Assembly: GCF_006345805.1 (NCBI RefSeq)
Contig: NC_043001.1
Coordinates: 41,168,001 to 41,232,000, forward strand
Source: Octopus sinensis
Lineage: Eukaryota
DNA: 64,000 nt
Reading direction: 5' to 3'
Below the pieces are notes generated by a model, which searched no databases, was not told where the DNA came from, and saw only the letters and a list, made by a program, of their open reading frames with translations. Positions 52,754 through 64,000 of this stretch are shown here, one piece after another; positions within the stretch are counted from its first letter, which is position 1; every line of letters begins with the position of its first letter. Made by a program: the position numbers and the translations under genes.

Positions 52754-53531
52754 GAGAGAGATAACTGAAATTTTTTAGTCACTTTTGTAGTGTGTGCGTG
52801 TATGTATGTATGTGTGTGTGTATGTATGTATGTGTGTATGCATGTATGTGTGTGTATGTATGTATGTGTGTGTATGTATATATCGGCCATACATACACAC
52901 ACATACATACACAAACACACACATGCATACATACACATACACACGCACTACAAAAAGTGAGTAAAACACGGTTCTCATATCGAGAGATAGCCTATCTTTA
53001 CATACACTCAATCTACAGGATCTAAACGATTTATTTGTTTAAAGTTTCATTTTTCTGGAAGTTATAAGGCAACAAAGTCGGAGGAGTATACATCTGTAGT
53101 TATGCCAGTCTTTTTATGAAATGTTCTATAAATTACCTGGCGAGAGACGAAAGATTGCCAATTACCTTTCAGTGTGTAGATTATGATTACATGAAAACAA
53201 AATTTGATGAGTTTCATACACATACATACTAAGACACGTCATATATACTTTACAAAATGAAACTTGAAATTTAAAAAAAATAATTGTGTCAATATGCGTG
53301 TGTGCTGACTATTTTTTTCCACATCAAATTTCGATATAATCGTAAGATATGAAACAATGCCCATAATCTACATACTCTGAAAAGTACTTGCAGAAAATTT
53401 CATTAAAAAAATATCTTTTTCTGAAAGTTATAAGGACACAAACCCAACTCATATGAACTTTCGAAACTCCTTTTTCCACCCCACAGAAAAACAAATTTCA
53501 CAACAAATTCCGATAATCGGAATCGGCATAG

Positions 53532-54351
53532 TTTCGTCGATTTCCGTAAAAAACTTTTATTTTTTTACATAAGTAATGAGAGCGAAAGAGACTAAGAGGA
53601 AGCGATTTTACGACGAGAAGGTTTCACTTTGAAGTCGGCCTGTGTGTGTTTGATGGGGTGTGGGAGACAGACAGTATGTTGTGTAAGTGAAGTGCTTCTG
53701 TTAGTGTGTGCGAAGAGACAGACATACATATACACATACACCGAGTACATACATACATACACACACACACATACATAGATACATACACACACACACATAC
53801 ATACATACATACACACACACATACTTACACACACACACACACACATAGATACATACACACACACACATACATGCAGACATACATATACACATACACCGAG
53901 TAAAAAATTACACTGAATCGACCATACATACATACATACATAAACATACACACATACATAGATACATACACACACACACATACATGCAGACATACATATA
54001 CACATACACCGAGTAAAAAATTACGATGAATCGGCCATACATACATACATACACACACACATACTTACACACACACACATACATAGATACATGCATACAT
54101 ACATATACACATACACCGAGTAAAAAATCAGTTATCTCTCTCTTTCACACATTACTCTCTCTGTCTCTTCGCACACACTAACAGAAGCACTTCACTTACA
54201 CAACATACTGTCTGTCTCCCACACCCCATCAAACACACACAGGCCGATTTCAAAGAGAAACCTTCTCGTCATAAAATCGCTTCCTCTTAGTCTCTTTCGC
54301 TCTCATTACTTATGTAAAAAAATAAAAGTTTTTTACGGAAATCGACGGAAA
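53532..54351. mobile_element. MITE with about 190-bp near-perfect TIRs and an internal microsatellite-rich tandem array
   Basis: TTTCGTCGATTTCCGTAAAAAA...GAAGAGACAGA is mirrored at 54155-54351; a solo arm of the same family starts at about 52445. Confidence 0.85.
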
Positions 54352-55763
54352 TCTGTGCTACGACATGCGAAACTTCGCCTCGGAATCTACACCATCTGAA
54401 GCGTATTTGTAGAAAGTTTCAATTACAACATATAAATTTTTCTGGAAGTTATGAGGAAACAAAGTCGAAAGAGGAGAGGCACACATGTAGAAAAGCCAAC
54501 AACTATATACATACATGGACAAAAAGTACATGAACATAAGCGATTCGTAAAACAAAAAATGTGTATTTTGTATGTGTGTGTGTGTGTGTGCGTGCGTGCG
54601 ACGAGAGAGAGTGAGTGAGTAAAGGGGTGTGTTGTCATGAATACGTACATACATAAATATATATACATCTGTTTTTGTATGTATGTGTATGAGAGGGAGA
54701 GTAAGTGACACTTAGACATACATGCAAAAAAATACATACGAACACACATCTTCTCTCAGGCACTCTCTCTCACACACGCACACATACATACAAAAAAGAT
54801 GTGTCATCCGTTTTGACTTTACGCACCAATAATGGCAAAAGCTATATTGTCAATGATTTAGCCCTACAGAACATTTTGAGAGCCACAAGGTGAAATATAT
54901 AATTCACCAGCAAATTACAGTATTTTAGAAATTTGCTATGTAATGTAATGGCTAGTTTATTTCCTATAAAAGACGGTTGTCAAGCATACGTTTATTATTG
55001 ATTTTGATTTTTCTAGTTTCAGCTAATGAGCTGTGGCCATGCTGGGGCACCGCCATTCTATTATTATTTTTTTTTTTTTGTTAATGTTTACATAACCTTT
55101 TTTGTTATGATAATATTGTCTTCACCTGTTTAAAATTAGTTACAGCATTTTTACTTTTGATATCCCGAGAGCAGTGGATCTTTACGTTCCGAATTCAAAT
55201 GCTACCGAAGTTAACTTTGCTTTTCACTCTGTCGGGGTGGATAAAATGAAGTACCAGACAAATACTGGGATTGATGCAATCAACCAACCCATTTTTTAAT
55301 GTTTCTTTCTTTTCCTTTTCTTGTTCCTCTTTTCCCATTTTTATTTGTGGTTATTGGGTTAAACAGATACAGGTACAAATTAATTATAAAACTATGTTTA
55401 ATCCATGGATAAAATAAACTACAATATTGTTTCCTCACAGATATAGATGTACTTAAAAACCAAAGATTGCCTCAATAATTTTTTTATAATTTCATTAAAA
55501 GATGGGACAAATTTCTATTACTTTTACCTCATAAATAGAACTTCAATACAGTTACTGAATCGGTTAGAAACAGCAGTCAGTCTCACATTGTAAGCAACAA
55601 ACACAAAAGCAGAATAATTTCATTGCAACTGCATAAAAGCGAATAATAGCGCAAAAAAAAAAAAAATAATAACAATAAAAATTCTTAATTATACTTCAAA
55701 ATATTCTTTAAGACAAACAAGCTGGTCGCGGCCACCAAAAACTATAAGCTAAATGGAGGTTAA

Positions 55764-55775
55764 GAAACTGAAAGT
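55764..55775 (+). promoter_or_regulatory. ISRE/IRF-like site in intron 1
   Basis: GAAACTGAAAGT matches the GAAANNGAAA consensus. Confidence 0.35.
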
Positions 55776-56297
55776 ATATAGTTTCACGATAGCCATATAC
55801 ATTATTTCCTTAATTTCCAAGTTCAAAAACATGAGTTGATTTTTATTTTCTCTTCCTGAAAGCGATAGTGCAAACATCACTGTATGTTTATTTAATTAAA
55901 TTCCATTTCGTTATTTCTTCAATGAAACAACGCTCATGTTTTATCTATAAATTATGAACATATCTCGATAGTTCCGTCCACAATCAACCAGTATTTTTAT
56001 CTTACAAAATTAGTAGCTAATATGAATGTTAACAACCACGGGACTAATACAGCTGTTTTCATGTATTTTGGGGGAGTTGTTTTGTTTTTTTTTTTTGTTT
56101 TCGATAAACTTTATAGTTATACTATGAATTCAAACAAGTCTACAACGTTCTATTGAGTAGGAATATCGGTTTCTCAATGTAATTTTCTAGTGTCAAAATA
56201 TTTTTGATATGTCAGGTGCTTGAACTGCAAACCACGACGTCCTGCAAGCAAAGTATGTAAAACTGAGAATTAAATGATAGAAAATGTCATCACAAAC

Positions 56298-56359
56298 CTT
56301 CCTTCGAGTTAATTCAAGAAAAGTAATAAACTAATGTCGACAGCCGATTTATATAAACT
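56298..56359 (-). other. Putative non-coding first exon of the HELZ-like gene
   Basis: Inr-like TCAGTT at 56361-56356, no ATG, donor AAG|gtttgt at 56298; when joined to exon 2 it supplies an in-frame TAA upstream of ATG 48664. Confidence 0.45.
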
Positions 56360-56462
56360 GATGACGTAGTTAAGATAAATCATGACGCAAAATAATCAGG
56401 AAGTACAGATGCATGTAATATTGAAATAATCAGTTTTTCCTGGAAAAAAACTTTCACTTTCC
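56356..56462 (-). promoter_or_regulatory. Putative promoter with a composite GAS plus IRF element, and ETS, CRE-like, GATA and Inr motifs
   Basis: TTCCTGGAA 56437-56445; GGAAAGTGAAAGT (minus) 56462-56450; CAGGAAGT 56397-56404; TGACGCAA 56383-56390; AGATAA 56373-56378; TGACGTA 56362-56368. Confidence 0.5.
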
Positions 56463-58080
56463 TTTGAAAACGAGGTAGTACTTTTGTGATAGAATTTTAA
56501 TGTTTCTCTTTCACATTACTATAGATACAAGGCCTGAAATTTTGTGGGATGGGCAAATCGATTCCAATAACTGATAATTATTTCATCGACCCCGAAAGGA
56601 TGAAAAACTAAGTCGACCTTGGCGGAATTTGAGCTCAGAACGTAAGCGGACAAAATATCGCTAAGCGGTGTGTCATCGAATCTGCCAATTCTCTGCCTTC
56701 TATCTTACAGTGTCACGTCGGTCACGCTGGGGAAAGCAGAGTAAATATACATATTATTATTATTATTGTTGTTGTTGTTGTTGTTATTTCGTTGTAGTCC
56801 ATTTTCCCACATTAGTCCTTACTGATACAACGCCCTTATTTCCTTCTCCAAGCAAAGGATAATATTGTTTATTGATTTCATCGCGCGCGGGCACACATTC
56901 ACATACTTACACACATATATATATGCGATAATTGTTCAGTTTAGTTATATATGGAAAAATAAAAATAAGATTAAGGGGAGATAAGGGTTAATGTTTACAT
57001 CTTGACTTGGAAATGAAAATCCAAAAAATATACTGGAATCGGTTTTTCTTGATAAGGTAGAATGTGAATTTTCCGAGTCCTATCCCCCACGCTGCCCCGT
57101 TCGCGAGCGCGCATTTTTTTTTTTTTTTCATATTCGTTTAGAGCAAGTTGTTTTACACCAATTACAGTATATTTTCCTTCTTTTTTTTTTTTTTGGCTCG
57201 GGTCAAACACTATAGTCCATGGTCCGACGATGTGGATTTTCCGAGTTATCCCCCCCCACCTTCTCGAGCGCGCATTGTTTTTTTCATATTCGTTTTGAGC
57301 AAGTTGTTTTACACCTATTACACTATTTTTCTTTTGTTTTTTGGCTCGGGTCAAACGCTTTAGTTTGGGGGAAGGTGGATTTTCACCGTTTTGACGGGGA
57401 TTTCCATTATTTTTTTTTCACCCTGGCCTTTAAAAAAAAGTTTATTTTTTTTTATGAAAATGAATTTTCGAAAATTTGTGATATCTTTTAATCCCCGCCC
57501 CTCTCCTTCCGGACTTGATTTGGCCAATTTTTTTCTACTACACACGGTAAAAGGAAAAAAAGGAGTGTGTGATTTAAGGGGGATCTGTCGTGGAATGTAC
57601 TAAAAACAACAGTCAAATATTCCTTAAGTTATACTACCTTTTCGTCTGAAAATATTTACGTTTTTCGTTTATTTTCCTTACCAAAAATTTCTCCCGTTGT
57701 TTTTAAGTGTGTAGTACTCCCTCACCCCCCAAGGAAAGCAAAAAGAAAAGGAAAAATTGGCCAAAATCGGTCCGGAGGTGGGGAAATCAAATTTTCAAAA
57801 GTTTTAACTTTTTTTTCATAAAAGGATGCCCTCCGTCATTTCGAAGGCTGTGGTGGAAAAAAATAGGAAAAATTCCCATCTAAACGGAGAAAATCCAACT
57901 TATGTAGGTATTTTGATCCGATTCCCGCCGTTTTCTGAATTAATTTATATCACAATAAAAATATTTTTGTAAATACAAAGATCACCTCAAACACAGAATA
58001 CTCGCGCAAACGAGGAAAAATAACTGATTTTCTGAAATTTTAGATTACCATCATGAGTATAATTTTAGATTATTATCATA

Positions 58081-58600
58081 GGCGCAGGAGTGGCTGTGGT
58101 AAGTAGCTTGCCAAGAGTGTCAAATACGCAACAGTGTGGTTGCTATTTGACACCCCTGAGGTGGCTCGCAAATTTGCGAACCAGCTCTCAGAAGGGCAAA
58201 GATTCTGTTTCTTCCCACATATTGTGGGAAGAAATTAACAAGAGCTTGGGTCTGTGGGCTGCCATCCAGGATAAAACCCGAGTGGATAGAAGACACTATC
58301 CGCCGGAGTCTGGGTAGCAGAGGAAACAAGCTCATTAATGTTAAAATGTTGCTTGCGGCTGATTGGGTGGGGTCAAAAGCGGTTTTGACCATGTGGACCC
58401 AATCAGCCAATAATCTGGTTTTCCCAGATCTTTTGAGAATGGCCGGTTCTAGGTATTCGGTGATTCTTGAGGGACGCCCCCCCCCCAAGTGTCACCTGTG
58501 CCTGGAGCCAGGCCACATTAAAAATAACTGTCTCCAGGACCAAGGTAGGGTCCTGGAGCAGTTAATAAAAGTAGCGCCCCCGCTCCCCCATTAGAGGGAG
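58081..58600 (+). mobile_element. About 30-bp SINE head joined to a LINE ORF1-like fragment with a CCHC zinc knuckle
   Basis: GGCGCAGGAGTGGCTGTGGTAAGTAGCTTGC, then VWLLFDTPEVARKF...SVILEGRPPPKCHLCLEPGHIKNNC (CX2CX4HX4C). Confidence 0.7.
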
Positions 58601-61306
58601 AGATGGAGGCAGTCGAGGAGGTGGAGACCTCGAAAAAAGGAAAAGAAAGTAGGTGGGCAACAATGGTTGTCCACCGAGCGACCCTAAAGCTGCGGGAGAG
58701 ATCCTCCGAATAAAGCGGAGGTACCACACCCTCCCGTAGCAAGCAGGAGAAAGAGAAAAAATAAAAAGAAAAAGAACGGGATATAGTCGGCGGTTGATAG
58801 TACACAGCCCGGCATGTCCTGAAATCTTGTCGGTGGGAAGTGTGGCACCGACATAGGAAACTGTGACTCCTCCCAGAGCGACGAGAGATGATTTTATTAT
58901 TTGGCTGCTAATTCTAGCAGATCAAGGAGTGTGACCATTGTTTGTTGTTTAGCCCCTAGTAATCTCTGATTGAGTAACCTTATGATCAAAGGTATTCCAA
59001 TCACGACTATTTCCTTTTCTTTCTAGACACGTATCGAGGACTATATTATCAAATATGTCCTTGTTTTTAAAACTATAGGGCGTGATTTGGGAGAGATTTG
59101 TCAACTACTTTTAGCAGGTTGAACGGCCGCGTAAATACTGTCTCTGGCAAAATTTTTATGAACATTTGTTTGTCTCCTATCTATCTATTAATGAGAAGAT
59201 CAAATAGTTTGTATGTATGGTGTAGACAAATATTATTTCGTCACTCTTTTGCAGTCGATAAAATAAGTGCTAGGCAAGCACTGTGCTGTACCTAGATAGA
59301 TACATGATATATTGACTGCCTATTTTTTAGTAGGCAGTATTATCTGAAGAGCTAATCTTGTTTTGTTTGTGTTGCGTAAAAAGAAAACTGGGTTAATGTT
59401 TACAGTTGTAAATATTAACCCTTGATTTTGTTATCTTTTTATTAAATAATTTATATCTTCTTTATCTTGATGAAAAACTGTGTAAGAATATAATCACACA
59501 AACATTCGATAAGATTAGTGACATAGTGTGGGATTTAGCCACTTTCAGCGATAGCCAAATTTTCTCCTTCTTAAACATAATATATCTTCAATTACAGCAG
59601 ACAGCCTGTACAGTCTGTGCGCAGATCACACTGACATAAATACTTCGTAATTTGTCTTAGCGAGGTATTTTTCATCAGACGTGCTCAATAAATATTTCTT
59701 AAATGGGATTGTGACACACCCAACAGAGTAATAGAATTGAAGGAAATAGTTAATCTCCGATACAAAAAGAATACATCGGATTGACACGAAAGTAAAAGAT
59801 AAAATGAAAAACCGCAACAGAAACACGCTACTGAGAGAAACGGAAACCGAAAGTATTTTCGATATCTTAGAAACCGACACAATGAACAGAGGGATATAAA
59901 TAAACACTTTCATTATTCAATGTTTTGAATACGGTTAGTGAAACTTCCACGTCAGCAACCCAGAGAAGTTTTGTGAAAAAGACCAGCGAAGTTCTTCAGG
60001 ACATTAATGAGAATCAACTAAGTAGATTCAAAAAAATCTCTGTTTTGCCACAAATTCTTCCAGTTACATCTGGTTTTCAGAAAGAACAAGATCTAAGATC
60101 CTTAGTCATTACTGTCTCTTCTATATCTAGCGGTTTTCGTTTAGATCTGCGTTGCAAGCTTAGTTTAAGTGGGAGAAAAAATTGATATTTCACGACTGAA
60201 TTTATGTTAAATGTTTGGCTCTTATAGACAAACCTCAAAGTTCTTTGCAAGTATGTGCCCCCAAGTGGCTAATTGAAACAGCGATGTGTTTTTAAAAGAC
60301 TGGTTTAAGTAGCAAAATCTACAACACAACCTACTTCAGCACCAGTCTAAACGCAGGGAAAAATAACTACAGCAATAACCTTATTAGTTCTAAGTAAGTA
60401 ATAAACACCGCCAGAGATATCTACACAATTCACCCTCGTTGTAGCCAATGCCAGACACTAAAACAAATAGAAAAAAAATTCAGCATTCTCCATGCAATAA
60501 ATTTGGCATAACTACAGATGTATGCCCCATCGATTTTGTCACTTTAACTTGTAGAAAAATGGATACTTTTTAACGAAACTTTCAACAAATAATCGCTTAG
60601 ATCCTGTAGACTGAGTGTTTGTAAAGATTTGTTGGAAAAACTTTTTCAGAGGGGCTGAGGAGAGCAGTTTCGGAGAATTTACACGGCCCGATATTTTCCC
60701 TCATAACTTTCAAAGAAATGGGTATTTTTAAATGAAATTTTATACAAATATCTTTCATTTAATAAATGTTGCTTACTGAAAGTTATGGATGATTTAAGGT
60801 ATTTTCGCGCTCGACATCACAAAATGCGTCTAAATAAACATTGCCGGACAGCAAATAGAGACTCGGACATTGCTTAGAAAATAATTTTCATTCTTAACCT
60901 CGTATATAGTGCGCACTAGGAATTTTGACCATTAAATTTTGGGGAGAAAATGCGAATTATACTCGAGGTAGTAATCAAAATGGATCTTTTCCTTTTGAAC
61001 GGCACATGTCAACACAATTTCTAGTTAACTAAACACTTTAAAACTTCGTATACTGGTAGAATGTGTTTATAAAAACATCATTTTTTCTCTTGGCTTTCTT
61101 GAGAAAATTGTAATTTGTTAAAATCGGTGGAGCTGGACAACAACCCCACCCGCCACGCACACACAGAAACCGAGCTTTCAGAATTTTTTTTTTCTCTCTC
61201 AGCAGATTCATAGAGGTTTTCGTTGACGGAGATTCCGAATGTGCAAAAAATCACGTTTTTAAAATTTTAAATCCGCCCTCCCACTAAATTTCTTAATTTT
61301 TAGGCG

Positions 61307-61711
61307 ATCTTTCGTCTCTAGTAGACCTTTCCGTCGATTTCCGTAAAAAAATTTTTTTTTTACATATGGGCTTCCGGGAACTTTTGAAGTAATATACATA
61401 CATATACACATACACCGAGTAAAAAATTTCAGTTATCTCTTTCTTTCACACATTACTCTGTCTCTTCACACATACTAACAGAAGCACTTCACTTACACAA
61501 CATACTGGCTGTCTCCCACACCCCATCAAACACACACATGTACATCAATGCTTCACATGCACGGTAACTTCAAAAGAACTTCCCTCGTCATACAATCGCT
61601 TTCTCTTAGTCTCTTTCGCTCTCATTACTTCAAAAGTTCCCGCAAGCCCATATGTAAAAAAAAAAAATTTTTTACGGAAATCGACGGAAAGGTCTACTAG
61701 AGACGAAAGAT
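61307..61711. mobile_element. MITE of the same TTCCGTCGATTTCCG family, with longer outer TIR
   Basis: ATCTTTCGTCTCTAGTAGACCTTTCCGTCGATTTCCGTAAAAAA is mirrored at the right end. Confidence 0.85.
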
Positions 61712-63334
61712 TACCAAAATTACATATTGCCGAGGTTTATCCTCAGTAAATTCCAGTTTGTAGCAAGTCATTTTAATTGTGCACTTTTTCCCCCCTTGTA
61801 AAGTGTCTTCTGTTCTGCTATTCAATTTTAGTTTTTGTATTTATATGTTGAACTGCTCAAATTAGATATTTTTGTAGATTTTTTTCCCAACCGTTATTTC
61901 CGAATTTGTTAGCAGATAAAGAAAGAAAGAAAAAAAAAAACTAGAGATTTGGCTGTTATTTCGCACGGCTAACTAAAAATGTGTGGAGCTCATTGGGTTA
62001 CCTCCTCAGCCGTTCATTTTCAGTAGGCTGTATAAATTGTTGCGTGCGCGCACCCTTTTTGCTGGGTAGCGAGGGGTGTATGGATCAATTTTGGAAGTTT
62101 TTAGTAGACGTATGACAGAATTATTGGATCTTTCCAAAGATCCCAGGACCGTTCAATGAGCTGTAGAGATTGTTGCGCACGCGCACCCTTTTTTGTTGGG
62201 TGGCGAGGGGTGTGTGGATCAATTTTGGAGTTTTTCATATAAAATTCGAAATTAATAAATTTTTGGCTTGCCATATTGTTAATCTCCGTCCAGCTCCACC
62301 TTAAAATCACTCTAGATAAATCCCAGCAATAATCTTCTCTGGCTCTCCAATATTTTAGAATTATATAAGCAGAAACAATCGAATGGAGGGAGTGGGGCTA
62401 AAAAAATCATAACTTTTCTTTTTTTTTTATATCATAAATATGTTCTCGGGGGAAAATATTGAAAAACATCAATACATATTTGAGTGACAAAAAAAAAAAA
62501 GAGGGTGGTCTTGCGATATGCTAGAAACAACAGCCAAATCTCCCTTAAATCACACACTTTTTCCTCTGAAGAGATTAAATTTTTTCTTTGAACCGAAAAT
62601 GTTTCTCCCATGTTTTATAAGTGCGTAATGAAAAAAAAAATGGCCAAAATCGGTCTGGAGCGAGGTGATGATGGCGGGGGGAAAAATTTTCAAAAAAATT
62701 TTTCATAAAATATATGCCTCACCACCCCATCATTTTGAAAGTCGCAGGGAAAAGAAGTGGAAAAATTGCCATCGAAACGGAGAAAATCCAGCTTATGTTG
62801 GCGTCCTGATCTGAAATGCTGGTTTTTAAAAGGTGTTCCCGCATGGCCACAATCCAATGACTGAAACAAGTAAAATGTAACACATTATTAACATAATGTG
62901 AAAAACCATCAGAGACGAATTGGTTGGTATGGCCTTAGGAACACACCCATGTGATCCTTGCTATTTCTAGCATGCGAAATGACTGCGTGCAGGATGGGTT
63001 AACTTCGAGTTTATTGAAAAGAGAGAGATTGAGTCTGCGATAAAATGAAAGAAATGTGCATTCAGTAATTATTATTAGCATTGTACTTACTTTTCTAGAA
63101 AAATTTCCTAGGCATAATGAGGTAGAAAGAAAGAAAAATGACAAGCTGAAAGCAAAAGTGTAAATTTGAAAGTGGGTTTTTTTCTACAAAATGAAACTTG
63201 AAATTTTAAAGAAACACACACACACACAAACATATATATATATATGACCCAATATGTTTGTGCATGCATAGGTGCTTGTATTGAGTTCAAAATTTAGATT
63301 GCTCAACTATTTGAACGAGTAAATTTTCAAATGT

Positions 63335-64000
63335 TCTATTGCGGTATCACTTCCATCAAATATGTAGCAAACACGTTTGAGGAGGTGCCATAAAGCTGAT
63401 GATACTTGCGTTTGGCGTGAGCTTACATTCCTTCTACATGATTTGTGTGGACACCTATGGCTTCATTCTCAAATGACACAGAATGGTTCACAGTTAAATG
63501 CACGAATCCATGATCCTGTAAGTTCTAATATGCTGCCCATTCATCCGTGAATATAATCGTTCCTGGGCGGACATGTTAGAGTATGATCAATTTCAAAGTT
63601 GCTGCTGACCAACTGTTATTCGGGCATATCAATTGAAAACAGTTTTCGGGATTGTCCAATTCAACGCCACCCAGCACCATCATAATGCACACCTCACCTG
63701 TTTTTCCTGTGCATAAACTTTAACTCATCAATAGCGACCACTATCTGAGGACCATCAGTTACAGCTGGGTGGCTTACTAGGTTTTCTGCTAAAACATCAC
63801 AACAAAAATTTGTCCGGTCTGTTATAGTTGACCAGCTTCCAATCTGGAGCTCCTCCATGATAATTGTTAACGATACATTGAGTGACCATCAGTACAAGAG
63901 CTTTGTATCCAAAGTAAGGTGGATGTTTTCAAAGAACAACCTCTTCCTTATAGAAAATAGTTTCCAACAGTACCTGTTGGTGCATTTCCAGATATAGCCA
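63335..64000 (-). pseudogene. Merlin / ISXO2 (IS1595-like) DDE transposase relic
   Basis: Minus strand: [13 protein letters not shown]...VLGGVE...SAATL...RPGTIIFTDEWAAY...[10 protein letters not shown]...[10 protein letters not shown], with stops and frameshifts. Confidence 0.85.

Noticed and set aside
53720-54130. Regularly spaced CATACACCGAGTAAAAAAT repeats as a CRISPR-like array
   Set aside because: Spacers are microsatellite variants of each other, the array is inside a MITE, the context is eukaryotic and no cas genes are present
56358-56395. CTGATGA...ACG CAAA as a hammerhead
   Set aside because: GAAA and stems I/III are missing; it is better explained as the antisense of the Inr/CRE motifs

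Overview
AT-rich eukaryotic (animal) DNA dense in microsatellites and transposons. The SINE/LINE families look like those of Octopus (inference). One large host gene lies on the minus strand. I reconstructed it by hand from phase-consistent splice sites: putative non-coding exon 56359-56298, then 48686-48536 (ATG at 48664), a 28-nt microexon 32016-31989, 23626-23111, 17938-16724, 13329-13116, 11492-11369, 6938-6840 (GC donor), 4552-4086 and 2411-1956, running off the left edge. This gives about 1082 codons of a HELZ/HELZ2-like helicase N-terminus with four ZC3H7-like CxxC+CCCH zinc-finger modules. The inferred promoter has an adjacent STAT (GAS, TTCCTGGAA) plus IRF (GGAAAGTGAAAGT) element, and a second ISRE-like site lies in intron 1, an architecture typical of interferon-stimulated genes. 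The introns hold decayed RTE, CR1-like, R4/Dong-like and Penelope-like retroelements, tRNA-derived SINEs and MITEs; an RLE-type LINE relic lies at the left edge and a Merlin/ISXO2-like transposase relic at the right. Four minimal hammerhead ribozymes have intact cores and several more are degenerate. No rRNA, bona fide tRNA or CRISPR array was seen.
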